The notes beneath the pieces were generated by a model. It was not told where the DNA came from. It searched no databases and worked only from the letters and a program-made list of their open reading frames with translations. A stretch of 64,000 nt of DNA from Vicinamibacteria bacterium (GTDB lineage Bacteria > Acidobacteriota > Vicinamibacteria > Marinacidobacterales > Marinacidobacteraceae), in assembly GCA_963422395.1 (NCBI GenBank), contig OY729431.1, positions 448,001-512,000 of the forward strand. Reading direction: 5' to 3'. Below are positions 21,321-29,791 of this stretch, in pieces. Positions within the stretch are counted from its first letter, which is position 1, and the number at the start of each line of letters is the position of its first letter. A program made the position numbers and the translations under genes.

Positions 21321-21355
21321 TATTCCAGTATAATAGTAATCTAAAATAGATGCAA
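21321..21355 (-). promoter_or_regulatory. sigma70-type promoter of arsR-arsI with probable ArsR operator
   Basis: TTGCAT (21355-21350), 17-bp spacer, TATACT (21332-21327), 6 nt, then GTG. Imperfect inverted repeat TATTCCAG-N12-CTAAAATA at 21321-21348. Confidence 0.75.
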
Positions 21356-21434
21356 ACTCCTTCGGAGGCGGCCGGGAACTGCCCGCAGCCTCCACGGACT
21401 GCTAGAATCGTCGGTCCCGCCGGCAGGTGGTTCC

Positions 21435-21770
21435 ATGTACGCAATCTTCGAAAGCGGCGGAAAGCAGCACCGGGCGGAGCCCGGCCAGCGGGTGGCTCTC
21501 GAGCAGCTCGCGGCCGCGGACGGCGACACCGTCTCCTTCGACAAGGTACTCATGGTGCGGGATGCGGAAAGCGGTGATTGCCAGGTGGGGGCCCCGTACC
21601 TCGAGGGAGCGACGGTTTCCGCGACCGTGCTCTCCCACTACCGGGATTCCAAGGTGCTCGTGTTCAAGCGAAAGCGGCGCAAGGGGTATCGCCGGAAGCA
21701 GGGGCACCGCCAGGCCCGCATCCAGGTGCGCGTGGAGGGGATCCACCTCCACGCGGATTCCGCGGAGTAG
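21435..21770 (+). CDS. rplU: 50S ribosomal protein L21
   Basis: [39 protein letters not shown]. Confidence 0.97.
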   Translation: MYAIFESGGKQHRAEPGQRVALEQLAAADGDTVSFDKVLMVRDAESGDCQVGAPYLEGATVSATVLSHYRDSKVLVFKRKRRKGYRRKQGHRQARIQVRVEGIHLHADSAE

Positions 21771-21792
21771 CCCGCAGCAGCCGGAGGTCGGA

Positions 21793-22047
21793 TTGGCTCA
21801 CAAGAAGGGACAGGGAAGTTCACGCAACGGACGCGATAGCCACTCGAAGCGGCTCGGCGTCAAGCGCTTCGCTGGCGAACGGGTGACCGGTGGGGCGATC
21901 CTCGTTCGCCAGCGCGGCACCCGCTTCAAGCCCGGCCCGGGGGTGGGTCGCGGCCGCGACGATACGCTGTTCGCGAAGGTTTCGGGCATCGTGCAGTTCC
22001 GGAACCGCGGCCGGCTCGGCCGCTTCCTCTCGATCGCTGCGGACTGA
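21793..22047 (+). CDS. rpmA: 50S ribosomal protein L27
   Basis: GGAGG plus TTG start. [30 protein letters not shown]. Confidence 0.97.
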   Translation: MAHKKGQGSSRNGRDSHSKRLGVKRFAGERVTGGAILVRQRGTRFKPGPGVGRGRDDTLFAKVSGIVQFRNRGRLGRFLSIAAD

Positions 22048-22177
22048 TCCCCTGCCTGCTGGCGGGAGGGGCCGATGCGAACCGCCGACGGTGCCCGGGG
22101 CGTCGGCCGCGCTTGGTTCGCCGGCGATGCCGATGCGGATATGCCCGCCGATGCCTCCGAGCTGGCCCCGTCTTCCC

Positions 22178-23194
22178 ATGCTGATCGATGAGGTCGTGCT
22201 CAGTCTCTCCGGCGGGCGCGGCGGCCAGGGCGCCGTGAGCTTCCGGCGCGAAAAGTTCGTTCCCCGCGGCGGACCGGACGGAGGCAACGGTGGGCGCGGC
22301 GGCCGCGTGCTGCTGGTGGCCGACCGGGGCCGCAACACGCTCGCCGCCTACCGCTACCGGCCCAGCTATCGCGCCAGTGCCGGGGGCAACGGCTCGGGGA
22401 ACAACCGGCAGGGCCGTTCCGGCGAAGATGTCGTCCTGCGGGTTCCGGCGGGCACCGCCGCCTTCGATCACGATTCGGGGATCCTGCTCGGCGACCTGGT
22501 CCGGGACGGCGACACGCTCACCGTCGCCGCCGGAGGGCGCGGCGGCCGCGGCAACGCGGTGTTCCGGACGGCCACGAACCAGGCACCCCGACGCGTCGAG
22601 CCGGGAGAGCCGGGAACCTCCCGCGCGGTCCGTCTCGAGTTGCGTCTGCTGGCCGATGTGGGCCTCGTAGGATTCCCGAATGCGGGGAAATCGTCGTTCA
22701 TCGCGCGGGTCAGCGCTGCTCGGCCGCGGATCGGGGACTACCCGTTCACTACCCTGACTCCGAATCTGGGTTTCGTGCGGGTCGCCGACGATGCGGAATT
22801 CGTCGTCGCCGATCTGCCGGGACTGATTCCCGGGGCCAGCCAGGGCGCCGGGCTCGGCACCCGCTTCCTGAAACATCTGTCGCGCACTGCGTTCCTCGCC
22901 TACTTCGTGGATGTCTCCGAATTCTCCTGCCGCGAACCCGCCGAAGATCTCGCGGTGCTTCAGGAAGAGGTGGTCCGCTACGGGGCAGGTCTGTGCGACA
23001 AGCCGGCGCTCGTGGTGGGGAACAAGACCGACATCCTGAGCGGCGAGACCCGGCTCGACTCCCTGTCCGGCGCTGCCTCGGCCAGCGGACTGCCGTTCTT
23101 CGCCATCTCCGCCGTGACCGGTGATGGATGCCGGGCGCTGACCGCCGCGCTCGGCACGCGGGTCGCCGGGGTCTGCCGCGGCCAGGAATCTTGA
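22178..23194 (+). CDS. obgE: GTPase ObgE/CgtA
   Basis: FRREKFVPRGGPDGGNGGRGG, ADVGLVGFPNAGKS, YPFTTLTPNLG, DLPGLI, NKTD. Confidence 0.96.
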   Translation: MLIDEVVLSLSGGRGGQGAVSFRREKFVPRGGPDGGNGGRGGRVLLVADRGRNTLAAYRYRPSYRASAGGNGSGNNRQGRSGEDVVLRVPAGTAAFDHDSGILLGDLVRDGDTLTVAAGGRGGRGNAVFRTATNQAPRRVEPGEPGTSRAVRLELRLLADVGLVGFPNAGKSSFIARVSAARPRIGDYPFTTLTPNLGFVRVADDAEFVVADLPGLIPGASQGAGLGTRFLKHLSRTAFLAYFVDVSEFSCREPAEDLAVLQEEVVRYGAGLCDKPALVVGNKTDILSGETRLDSLSGAASASGLPFFAISAVTGDGCRALTAALGTRVAGVCRGQES

Positions 23195-23862
23195 ACCGGC
23201 CCTCTGTTCGCCGCCCCGGAGTGATCGCGGTCTTCGGCGGCACCTTCGACCCGCCGCACTGGGGGCATGTGCGCGCCGCCGAAGCGGTTCGCGATCGGGT
23301 AGGAGTGGAGGAAGTGTGGCTGGTTCCGGCCGCGGTTCCGCCTCATCGCCCGGTCCCGCCGCGAGTCACCGGCCAGGAGCGGCTGGAGCTCGTCGAAGCT
23401 GCGATCCGCGGCCGGGATCGACTGGTGGCGAGCGCGATCGAACTGGAGCGCGCAGGGCCTTCGTTCACCATCGACACCCTGGATCGGATCGTCGCCGGCC
23501 GACCACCGACTGCGGATGGTCAGGCGCGGGTGTTCTTCGTGGCAGGTAGCGACGCGTTCCGCGAGATTCGCACCTGGAGCCGCTACCAAACCCTGCTCGA
23601 ACGGCACCCGGTTCTCGTCCACCACCGCCCCGGCTGCCCGCTCGAAGAGGCGCTGACCCCGCTGCCGGCACGGTTTCGGCAGCGGGTCACCGCGGACCTT
23701 GCCGCTCCGTTGATCCCCCCGCGGATCCTCACCATCGACCAGCCGTTTCCCGTTTCCGAGTCGCATCGGATCCGCGAGCGGGTTCGCGCGCGGTTGCGGG
23801 TCGCCGATCTGATGCCCCACCGGGTAATTTCACGGATCGGAGAACGGGGTTTCTATCGGTGA
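23191..23862 (+). CDS. nadD: Nicotinate-nucleotide adenylyltransferase
   Basis: FGGTFDPPHWGH, PPHR, SFTIDTL, GSDAF..I.TW. Start may be GTG at 23221. Confidence 0.92.
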   Translation: MNRPSVRRPGVIAVFGGTFDPPHWGHVRAAEAVRDRVGVEEVWLVPAAVPPHRPVPPRVTGQERLELVEAAIRGRDRLVASAIELERAGPSFTIDTLDRIVAGRPPTADGQARVFFVAGSDAFREIRTWSRYQTLLERHPVLVHHRPGCPLEEALTPLPARFRQRVTADLAAPLIPPRILTIDQPFPVSESHRIRERVRARLRVADLMPHRVISRIGERGFYR

Positions 23863-24245
23863 GCGTGGGCGGCGCTCCGGGAGCGGAGGCCGAGGCGCGG
23901 GCTGCGGCCCGGATCGCGCTCGCGGAAATGGCCGAGGATGTGGTGATGCTCGATCTGCGCGGGCTTGCCGGTTTCACCGATTTCTTCGTGATCGCCACTG
24001 CGGCCAGCGAGCGTCGGCGCAAGACGGTGACCGATGCCATCGAGCGCGCGGTCTTCGAGCGCTTCGGCCGCAAACCGACCCATCTCGAGGGCTATCCGGC
24101 GGCGGGTTGGCTGCTCGCCGACTATGGGGACTTCGTAGTGCATGTCTTTTCGCCGGAGAGCCGCGAGCTCTATCAGCTCGAGCGACTCTGGGGAGACGCC
24201 GACCGCTGGTCGCCCCCAGCGAAAGAGCCAGCCGGAGCCGCGTAG
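23859..24245 (+). CDS. rsfS: Ribosome silencing factor
   Basis: AEDVVMLDL, DFFVIAT, WLLADYGDFVVHVF, RELYQLERLWGDA. Confidence 0.94.
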   Translation: MSVGGAPGAEAEARAAARIALAEMAEDVVMLDLRGLAGFTDFFVIATAASERRRKTVTDAIERAVFERFGRKPTHLEGYPAAGWLLADYGDFVVHVFSPESRELYQLERLWGDADRWSPPAKEPAGAA

Positions 24246-24273
24246 AATCGGGGCTCGGCGAAGGCGGGAATCC

Positions 24274-25629
24274 ATGGGCATGCGCACTCTGCTGTTCCTC
24301 GTCGGAGCCCTGTTCGCTGCCACCTTCCTCTTGGTGGTCGTGGCTGCGAATTCGCAGTTCGTGACGGTCACGCTGCCGCTGTTCCTCCCCATTCGGGTGG
24401 AGCTTTGGAAGGTCATGCTCGGGGGTTTCGGGATCGGGGCGGCGATCGCGCTGGCTTTCGATCTCGCTGGCCGAGTGCGCCGGCTGGTCCGGGAGCGGCG
24501 GCTGCGTCGGGGCCGTCTCGACCTCGAAGAGGGAGAACGACTGTTCTTCCAGGGACTCGGCGAGATGGCTTCGGGGCTTTGGCCGGAAGCGCTCCTGAGT
24601 TTCGAGGCAGCCCAGGAATATTCCGGCCCTGACTCGAAGACGCTTCGCCGCAAGGCCGAGTGCCTCATGCGTCTCGGCCGCCCCGGAGCGGCCGCGGCGG
24701 CGCTCGAGGAGGCGGCTGCCGAGGACCGCGGCCGTCGAGAGGTGGCGTATGCGCTGGCTGAGGCTCTTTCGGCCGCGGGCGAGACGGACCGCGCCCGCAC
24801 CCTGCTGGAGACGACGATCTCCGAAGATCCCGATGCTCCGGCGACCGCGCTCGCGGCGCTCCGCGACCTCCTGGTGGCGGCGGGGGACACCCGCGCTGCT
24901 CTTTCGCTCCAGCAGCAGCTGGTGTCGGTCATCCCGCCCTCCGGCCGCGCCGCCGAGGAGCGCCGCGCGCTCGCCCTGCGGCACGCCTACGGGAGGGAGC
25001 TCCTCGAACACGGCGAGCCCGCCGAGGCGGGGAGAGTCTTCCGGGCCATTCTCGATGAAGATTCCAAAGCGGTACCTGCGTGGGTCCGGCTCGGTGATGC
25101 CTACCTGGCCGGCGGCAACGAATCGGCGGCGGTCGAGACCTGGAAGAAGGGTTTCCGGACGACCGGCGCCACCCCGCCGCTGACCGCGCTCCAGAACTAC
25201 TACCTGGACCGTACTTGTCCGGAGGATGCCATCTCGGTCTGGAAACAGGCGATCGCCGATGCCGACCCGGCCACCGAGAGTCAGTACCTGCTCGGAAAGC
25301 TGTACGACCGTCTCTACATGCTCGACGACGCCCTCAAGACCTTCGCCAATCTGCCGCGCCTGGCCACGCCTGCACTCGGCGCCCGTCTATCCCGGATTCT
25401 GGCGGGGCGCGGCGATCTCGCCGAAGCCATGATCCGCGCCCGTGAGGTCCTCGCTGCCGCCCCGGAGCTCGCCGCCGAGTATTCCTGCTCGGTGTGCGGA
25501 AAACGCCAGGAGGCCTGGAGCGACAGTTGTCGGAAGTGCGGAACGTACGGTGCCGTGGCTCTCGACCTCGAAGACTCTCGGGAAACGCCGGTCGAGGAGT
25601 CCGTGACCCCGGTTCCCGGGCAGGCCTGA
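24274..25629 (+). CDS. LapA-like N-terminus fused to TPR repeats and a C-terminal rubredoxin-like Cys4 domain (LapB-like)
   Basis: Two transmembrane helices around ANSQFVTV, TPR-like helices, then YSCSVCG...WSDSCRKCGTYG. Confidence 0.7.
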   Translation: MGMRTLLFLVGALFAATFLLVVVAANSQFVTVTLPLFLPIRVELWKVMLGGFGIGAAIALAFDLAGRVRRLVRERRLRRGRLDLEEGERLFFQGLGEMASGLWPEALLSFEAAQEYSGPDSKTLRRKAECLMRLGRPGAAAAALEEAAAEDRGRREVAYALAEALSAAGETDRARTLLETTISEDPDAPATALAALRDLLVAAGDTRAALSLQQQLVSVIPPSGRAAEERRALALRHAYGRELLEHGEPAEAGRVFRAILDEDSKAVPAWVRLGDAYLAGGNESAAVETWKKGFRTTGATPPLTALQNYYLDRTCPEDAISVWKQAIADADPATESQYLLGKLYDRLYMLDDALKTFANLPRLATPALGARLSRILAGRGDLAEAMIRAREVLAAAPELAAEYSCSVCGKRQEAWSDSCRKCGTYGAVALDLEDSRETPVEESVTPVPGQA

Positions 25630-25664
25630 TCCCGAGCCGGCCTGCCCGCCTGACCGGTGCGGGC

Positions 25665-26408
25665 GTGAGGGTCTGGCTGCGGCGCTCCTTCGGCCCGCTG
25701 CTGTTTCCGGTTCCGTGCTGCTTGTGTGATGGTCCGCTCGAAGACCCGCTCCTGAGCCCGGTATGCGGGGAATGCCGCCGCGGCTTCCAGATGCTTGCGG
25801 ACCCCGCGTGTCTGAAGTGCGGACTATTCTTCGCACCCGGCGTCGCTCCCGGAGTATGCGGCGAGTGCCGGCGGCGGCGGTGGCCCTTCCGGCGGGCTGT
25901 CTCCGCCGCGCGGTACGCCGTTCCCTTTCGCGACGCGATCTTGGAGTTGAAGTTCCGCCGTCGGGAGGGGATGGCGGAGCTCTTGGCGCGCCCGGCGGTG
26001 CTCGCATTTCGCCGAGCTGTCCGGAACCCGGAGATCGGGACCGAAGGTCCCCCAGCGGCTGCGGTCGTACCCGTTCCGCTTCCCTTTTGGCGGGGTCGCC
26101 GCCGAGGCTTCAATCAGGCCGAGCTGCTCGCCCGACCGGTCGCCCGAGAGCTCGGGATCCCGGTGGCCCGCAGGGTGCTCGGGCGGCACTGGCGGCCTGC
26201 TCAGACCTCGGTAGCGCCGAGTGCCCGCCGCACGAACATGCGGGGCGCCTTCCGAGTGCGCCGGCTGCCGGCAGGGCTCGTCGGCCGGCCGCTGCTGCTG
26301 CTGGACGATGTGTTCACCACCGGGAGTACGGTGTCCGCCGCCGCTCGCTGTCTCGTTCGTGCGGGCGCCGGTCCGGTGGATGTGCTGACGATCGCCCGCA
26401 CGCTCTGA
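25665..26408 (+). CDS. comF: ComF-family protein (zinc ribbon plus phosphoribosyltransferase domain)
   Basis: CxxC repeats, VPVPL...RRRGFNQAELLA, LLLDDVFTTGST. Confidence 0.9.
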   Translation: MRVWLRRSFGPLLFPVPCCLCDGPLEDPLLSPVCGECRRGFQMLADPACLKCGLFFAPGVAPGVCGECRRRRWPFRRAVSAARYAVPFRDAILELKFRRREGMAELLARPAVLAFRRAVRNPEIGTEGPPAAAVVPVPLPFWRGRRRGFNQAELLARPVARELGIPVARRVLGRHWRPAQTSVAPSARRTNMRGAFRVRRLPAGLVGRPLLLLDDVFTTGSTVSAAARCLVRAGAGPVDVLTIARTL

Positions 26409-26438
26409 ATGCGGGCTGCGCTTCGCTAGGATTCGCGG

Positions 26439-27326
26439 GTGAGCGGTCCGGTGCGGGGTCCGGTGAGTGGCTCGGTGGGGGTCCGGCCGAGAGCGTCCGC
26501 GATGAGAACCGCGCGGCGCCGAATACGCCGCGCCGTCAGCCTCGTCTGCCTGCTCTCGATCGCTGGTGCGTCGGCGGCAGCTTGGGGACCGGAAGGCCAC
26601 CGCCGGATCGGGGAGAAGGCGATCGATTTCCTCCGGGATCCGCTCGAGGATTTTTTCGAGGACCGGGAGGAGGAATTCTACGATCTGCTCGACGATCCCG
26701 CCCGGGGCCGGAATCCGGCCCGTTTCTTCCTCGATGGCTACGATGATTTCCCGTTCTACGATGTGCCGGCCACCCGGGCACTGGCCCTCAGGCGTTTCAG
26801 CGAGGAGGAGATCGCCGAGCACGGAGATGCCCTCTGGCGGCTGCTCGAGGCCTATGACGCGCTCGTGGCGGCGTTCTCTGCGGGGGACTTCGACCTCGCA
26901 CTGGAACTGGCGAGCGATGTGGCTTGGTTGGTGGGCGAGCTCGCGGTCCCGCCGAACACTTCGTCGGGCGGCGACGGGCAGGCCACCGGGCAGGACGGGC
27001 TCGCGCGGCGCTTCGACACCCGGCTGATCGAGACCTTCGCCGACGAGCTGCGGATCCCAGGTGGGGCCGCGGTCTATCTCGACCGACCGAGAGAGTTCAT
27101 CCGCTCGCTGCCGCTGAAGGCATACATCTGGGTGGACAATATTTCCTTCGTGGATGCGATGTCGCGCCGGGGAGTCGCGGGATACGACCGGTTCTATCTC
27201 GACGGCATGTGGGGTGATCTCGGGGGGCTGGTCGGCGTGTCGATGAGCGACGCCGCCCGCGATGCGGCGAGCCTTTGGTACACCGCCTGGGTAGCGGCGG
27301 GGCGCCCCGAGGTCCCCGGCTCCTGA
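26439..27326 (+). CDS. Secreted S1/P1 nuclease / Zn phospholipase C-like protein with degenerate metal site
   Basis: Signal peptide then AWGPEGH. C-terminal AASLWYTAWVAAGRP. Later His ligands appear substituted. Start may be ATG at 26502. Confidence 0.65.
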   Translation: MSGPVRGPVSGSVGVRPRASAMRTARRRIRRAVSLVCLLSIAGASAAAWGPEGHRRIGEKAIDFLRDPLEDFFEDREEEFYDLLDDPARGRNPARFFLDGYDDFPFYDVPATRALALRRFSEEEIAEHGDALWRLLEAYDALVAAFSAGDFDLALELASDVAWLVGELAVPPNTSSGGDGQATGQDGLARRFDTRLIETFADELRIPGGAAVYLDRPREFIRSLPLKAYIWVDNISFVDAMSRRGVAGYDRFYLDGMWGDLGGLVGVSMSDAARDAASLWYTAWVAAGRPEVPGS

Positions 27327-28015
27327 CTGGTGAAAGCGCCGCGCCGACGCGCTCGCCGGTCGCCTCGCCCCCCGGAGAGCCGAGCGCCGACGAACTCCGA
27401 AACGAACTGGACATCTCCACCATCCGCCGGTTGCGCGCCGGCGAACTGGATCCCAATACCGCCTGGTCCGACCTCATCGGGCGCCATCGCCGCCGTCTCT
27501 TCTCGCTCGCCTACCGATTCACTGGCCGCTACGAGGACGCCGAGGAACTCACCCAGGAGATCTTCGTGCGGGTCTTCCACCGTCTCGACCGCTTCGATCC
27601 GCGTGCCCATTTCGCCGTCTGGCTGCACTCGGTCGCGCGCAACTACTGCATCGACCGCTATCGGATGCGCGTTCGGGAACGCCAGCGGCTCCTGCCCGGA
27701 GAGGCTCGATTCGAACGAATGCTCGATGGCGCCGCCCTCGCTCCCGACCGCATCCTCGAGCGGCGTGAAGTCCGCGACGACCTCGCGGCAGCGCTCCAGT
27801 ACCTTTCGCCCAAACTTCGGGAAGTGGTGCAGCTTCGATTCTTCCAGGAGCTGCCCTACGAGGAGATCTGCGACCGCCTCGGGGTTCCTGAGGGGACCGT
27901 CAAGAGCCGCATCCACCGAGGGCGCGCCGAGTTGCGGCGCCACCTCGCGACGGTCCAACACACATCGCGGCGGAACGCGGCGCCGGCCGCTTCCGCGGCG
28001 GAGGAAAGCCCATGA
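27275..28015 (+). CDS. ECF-type sigma-70 factor
   Basis: DAEELTQEIFVRVF, FAVWLHSVARNYCID (region 2) and LPYEEICDRLGVPEGTVKSRIHRGR (region 4). Start uncertain, possibly CTG at 27323. Confidence 0.9.
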   Translation: MVHRLGSGGAPRGPRLLTGESAAPTRSPVASPPGEPSADELRNELDISTIRRLRAGELDPNTAWSDLIGRHRRRLFSLAYRFTGRYEDAEELTQEIFVRVFHRLDRFDPRAHFAVWLHSVARNYCIDRYRMRVRERQRLLPGEARFERMLDGAALAPDRILERREVRDDLAAALQYLSPKLREVVQLRFFQELPYEEICDRLGVPEGTVKSRIHRGRAELRRHLATVQHTSRRNAAPAASAAEESP

Positions 28016-28377
28016 AGCTGAGTACCCGGAGCGAAGGCGCCGCCTTCCTGGTTCGCTTCGAGGAGCCGCGGCTCGTGTACGCGGCGCTCGATTCGTTCGT
28101 CGAACAGATCGTCCACCATCTGGAATCCCCGAATCCGCTTCTGGTTCTCGATTTCTCGGTCGTGAACTATGTGGATTCGGCGGCCATCGGCTGCCTCATG
28201 GACCTCTATCGGCGCGCCTCGGCGAACGAGGGTCGGATCGCGCTCTGCGGTGTCATGGAGCGGGTGGAGAGAATGCTGCGGATGACCGGCGCCCATGAGT
28301 TCCTCTCCATCTACCCGTCGGCGGAAGCGGCTCTCGACGCCCACCCCCGGAGCGGGCCGGCCGGGGAGAAACGATGA
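28012..28377 (+). CDS. STAS-domain anti-sigma-factor antagonist
   Basis: LVLDFSVVNYVDSAAIG.L, V.RMLRMTG. ATGA overlap with the sigma gene. Confidence 0.88.
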   Translation: MKLSTRSEGAAFLVRFEEPRLVYAALDSFVEQIVHHLESPNPLLVLDFSVVNYVDSAAIGCLMDLYRRASANEGRIALCGVMERVERMLRMTGAHEFLSIYPSAEAALDAHPRSGPAGEKR

Positions 28378-28652
28378 TGCGCGAGATACGGATGCAGGGC
28401 GGGCGCGGGATCCATCTCGACGGCGATCTCCTGACGATCCTGGAGGGGCTCTATCAGGAAGTTTCGGTTCGGAGCGAGTTCCGGAACACTTATGAGACGA
28501 TGATGGGCGAGATAAGCCACCTCGTGGACTCCATGAGCGAGGAGGAACGCCGGCGCTACCTGATCGAGAGCCTGTTCCTCAACATCGTGCGCTACGAGAA
28601 CGAGCGCCTCTCCGCGTTCCTCAAGCTGGTGGAGACTCCTTCGGAGGACTGA
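28374..28652 (+). CDS. Small acidic helical hypothetical protein (92 aa)
   Basis: ATGA overlap with STAS gene, GGAG ribosome-binding site, normal globular composition unlike GC shadow ORFs. Confidence 0.75.
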   Translation: MMREIRMQGGRGIHLDGDLLTILEGLYQEVSVRSEFRNTYETMMGEISHLVDSMSEEERRRYLIESLFLNIVRYENERLSAFLKLVETPSED

Positions 28653-29171
28653 TTGGCCCGCTCGCTGCTCGCACTGGCCGCATCTGCGGCGGGTTTGGAG
28701 ATCGCGCTCGTGGCCGGATTGGCGAGCGCCGCCGCCCCGCCCCCGTCCGCCTTCGGAGGGCAGCGGGGGCCGCGCCTTTCCCTCGAGCCCGAGAGTTGGG
28801 ATTTCGGCAGCGCCGGGCCGGGCGAGGTGCTGGTCCACGAATTCCTGGTGCGGAACACCGGCGACCGCGATCTCGAGATCGGACGGATCGCTTCGGCTTG
28901 CGCCTGTGCGGCGGCGATCACCGAGCGGCCAGTCGTTCCACCGGGGGAGGCGGCCACCCTCCGGGTGACTCTGGAGACGCGAAGGTACCGGGGCGTTCTC
29001 GAGCGCTGGCTCACGATCCGCTCGAACGATCCGCGGAGCGCGACGCGCCTGAAGGTGCGGGTCTATGTCGAGGCGGCTCCCCGACCGACTCGTGAAGGTT
29101 CAGCCGGGAGGAGCAAGGGCACGATCACTCCACCGGAGCGAAGAACCGGTCCCAGCGGGTTCTGGAGATGA
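28653..29171 (+). CDS. Secreted DUF1573-like Ig-fold protein
   Basis: Signal-like N-terminus, WDFG...F.VRNTGDRDLEI..I.SACAC, VVPPGE, IRSNDP. Confidence 0.75.
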   Translation: MARSLLALAASAAGLEIALVAGLASAAAPPPSAFGGQRGPRLSLEPESWDFGSAGPGEVLVHEFLVRNTGDRDLEIGRIASACACAAAITERPVVPPGEAATLRVTLETRRYRGVLERWLTIRSNDPRSATRLKVRVYVEAAPRPTREGSAGRSKGTITPPERRTGPSGFWR

Positions 29172-29784
29172 ACCGCACGGGCAACAGGAGGAGGTCCACC
29201 GCCCGCCGCGAGAGGCGCGTCTCCAGATACTCCTCACGCGGCGCGCCGTACGACCAGTAGATGAACAGTCCCTTGCCCTTGACATTCCCAGTGGGAAGCG
29301 CGCCCCAGAAGCGGCTGTCGTCGCTGTTGTCGCGGTTGTCACCCATCACGAAATAATGCCCTTCGGGGACCCGGTATTCCCGGATTCCCGGCTGGCCGCC
29401 ATGCAGGAAGCGGGCGTAGTCCTCGGCGAGCGGCACTTCGTCCACCAGGACCTGCCGCCGTCCGATCTGAAGGGTTTCGCCGGGGAGTCCCACGACCCGC
29501 TTGATGAAGTCGCGTTCTGGCTCTTCGGGAAACTTGAAGACGACCACATCCCCGCGCTGCACTCCGCGCGACGGCGCTATTCCCAGAGCGCCTTCGTGGT
29601 AGAGCATCTTGTTGACCATCAGGTGGTCGCCGATCAGCAGGTTGTCCTGCATGGAACCGGTCGGGATCTTGAACGCCTGGAACACGAAAGTCCGAACGAA
29701 GAGTGCCAGGATCACCGCGGCGCAGATGGACTCGAAGTACTCGCGCGCCGTGGATCGGTGTTTTTTCTGCAGTTCTCTGGTCAT
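29125..29784 (-). CDS. lepB: Signal peptidase I
   Basis: AFKIPTGSMQDNLLIGD, FIKRVVGLPGE, MGDNRDNSDDSRFWG. Confidence 0.95.
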   Translation of the reverse strand: MTRELQKKHRSTAREYFESICAAVILALFVRTFVFQAFKIPTGSMQDNLLIGDHLMVNKMLYHEGALGIAPSRGVQRGDVVVFKFPEEPERDFIKRVVGLPGETLQIGRRQVLVDEVPLAEDYARFLHGGQPGIREYRVPEGHYFVMGDNRDNSDDSRFWGALPTGNVKGKGLFIYWSYGAPREEYLETRLSRRAVDLLLLPVRFISRTRWDRFFAPVE

Positions 29785-29791
29785 GGTTATC

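Noticed and set aside
29125-29171. Convergent 47-bp overlap of the DUF1573-like gene and lepB as antisense regulation
   Set aside because: Short 3' overlaps are common in GC-rich genomes and nothing else supports a function.
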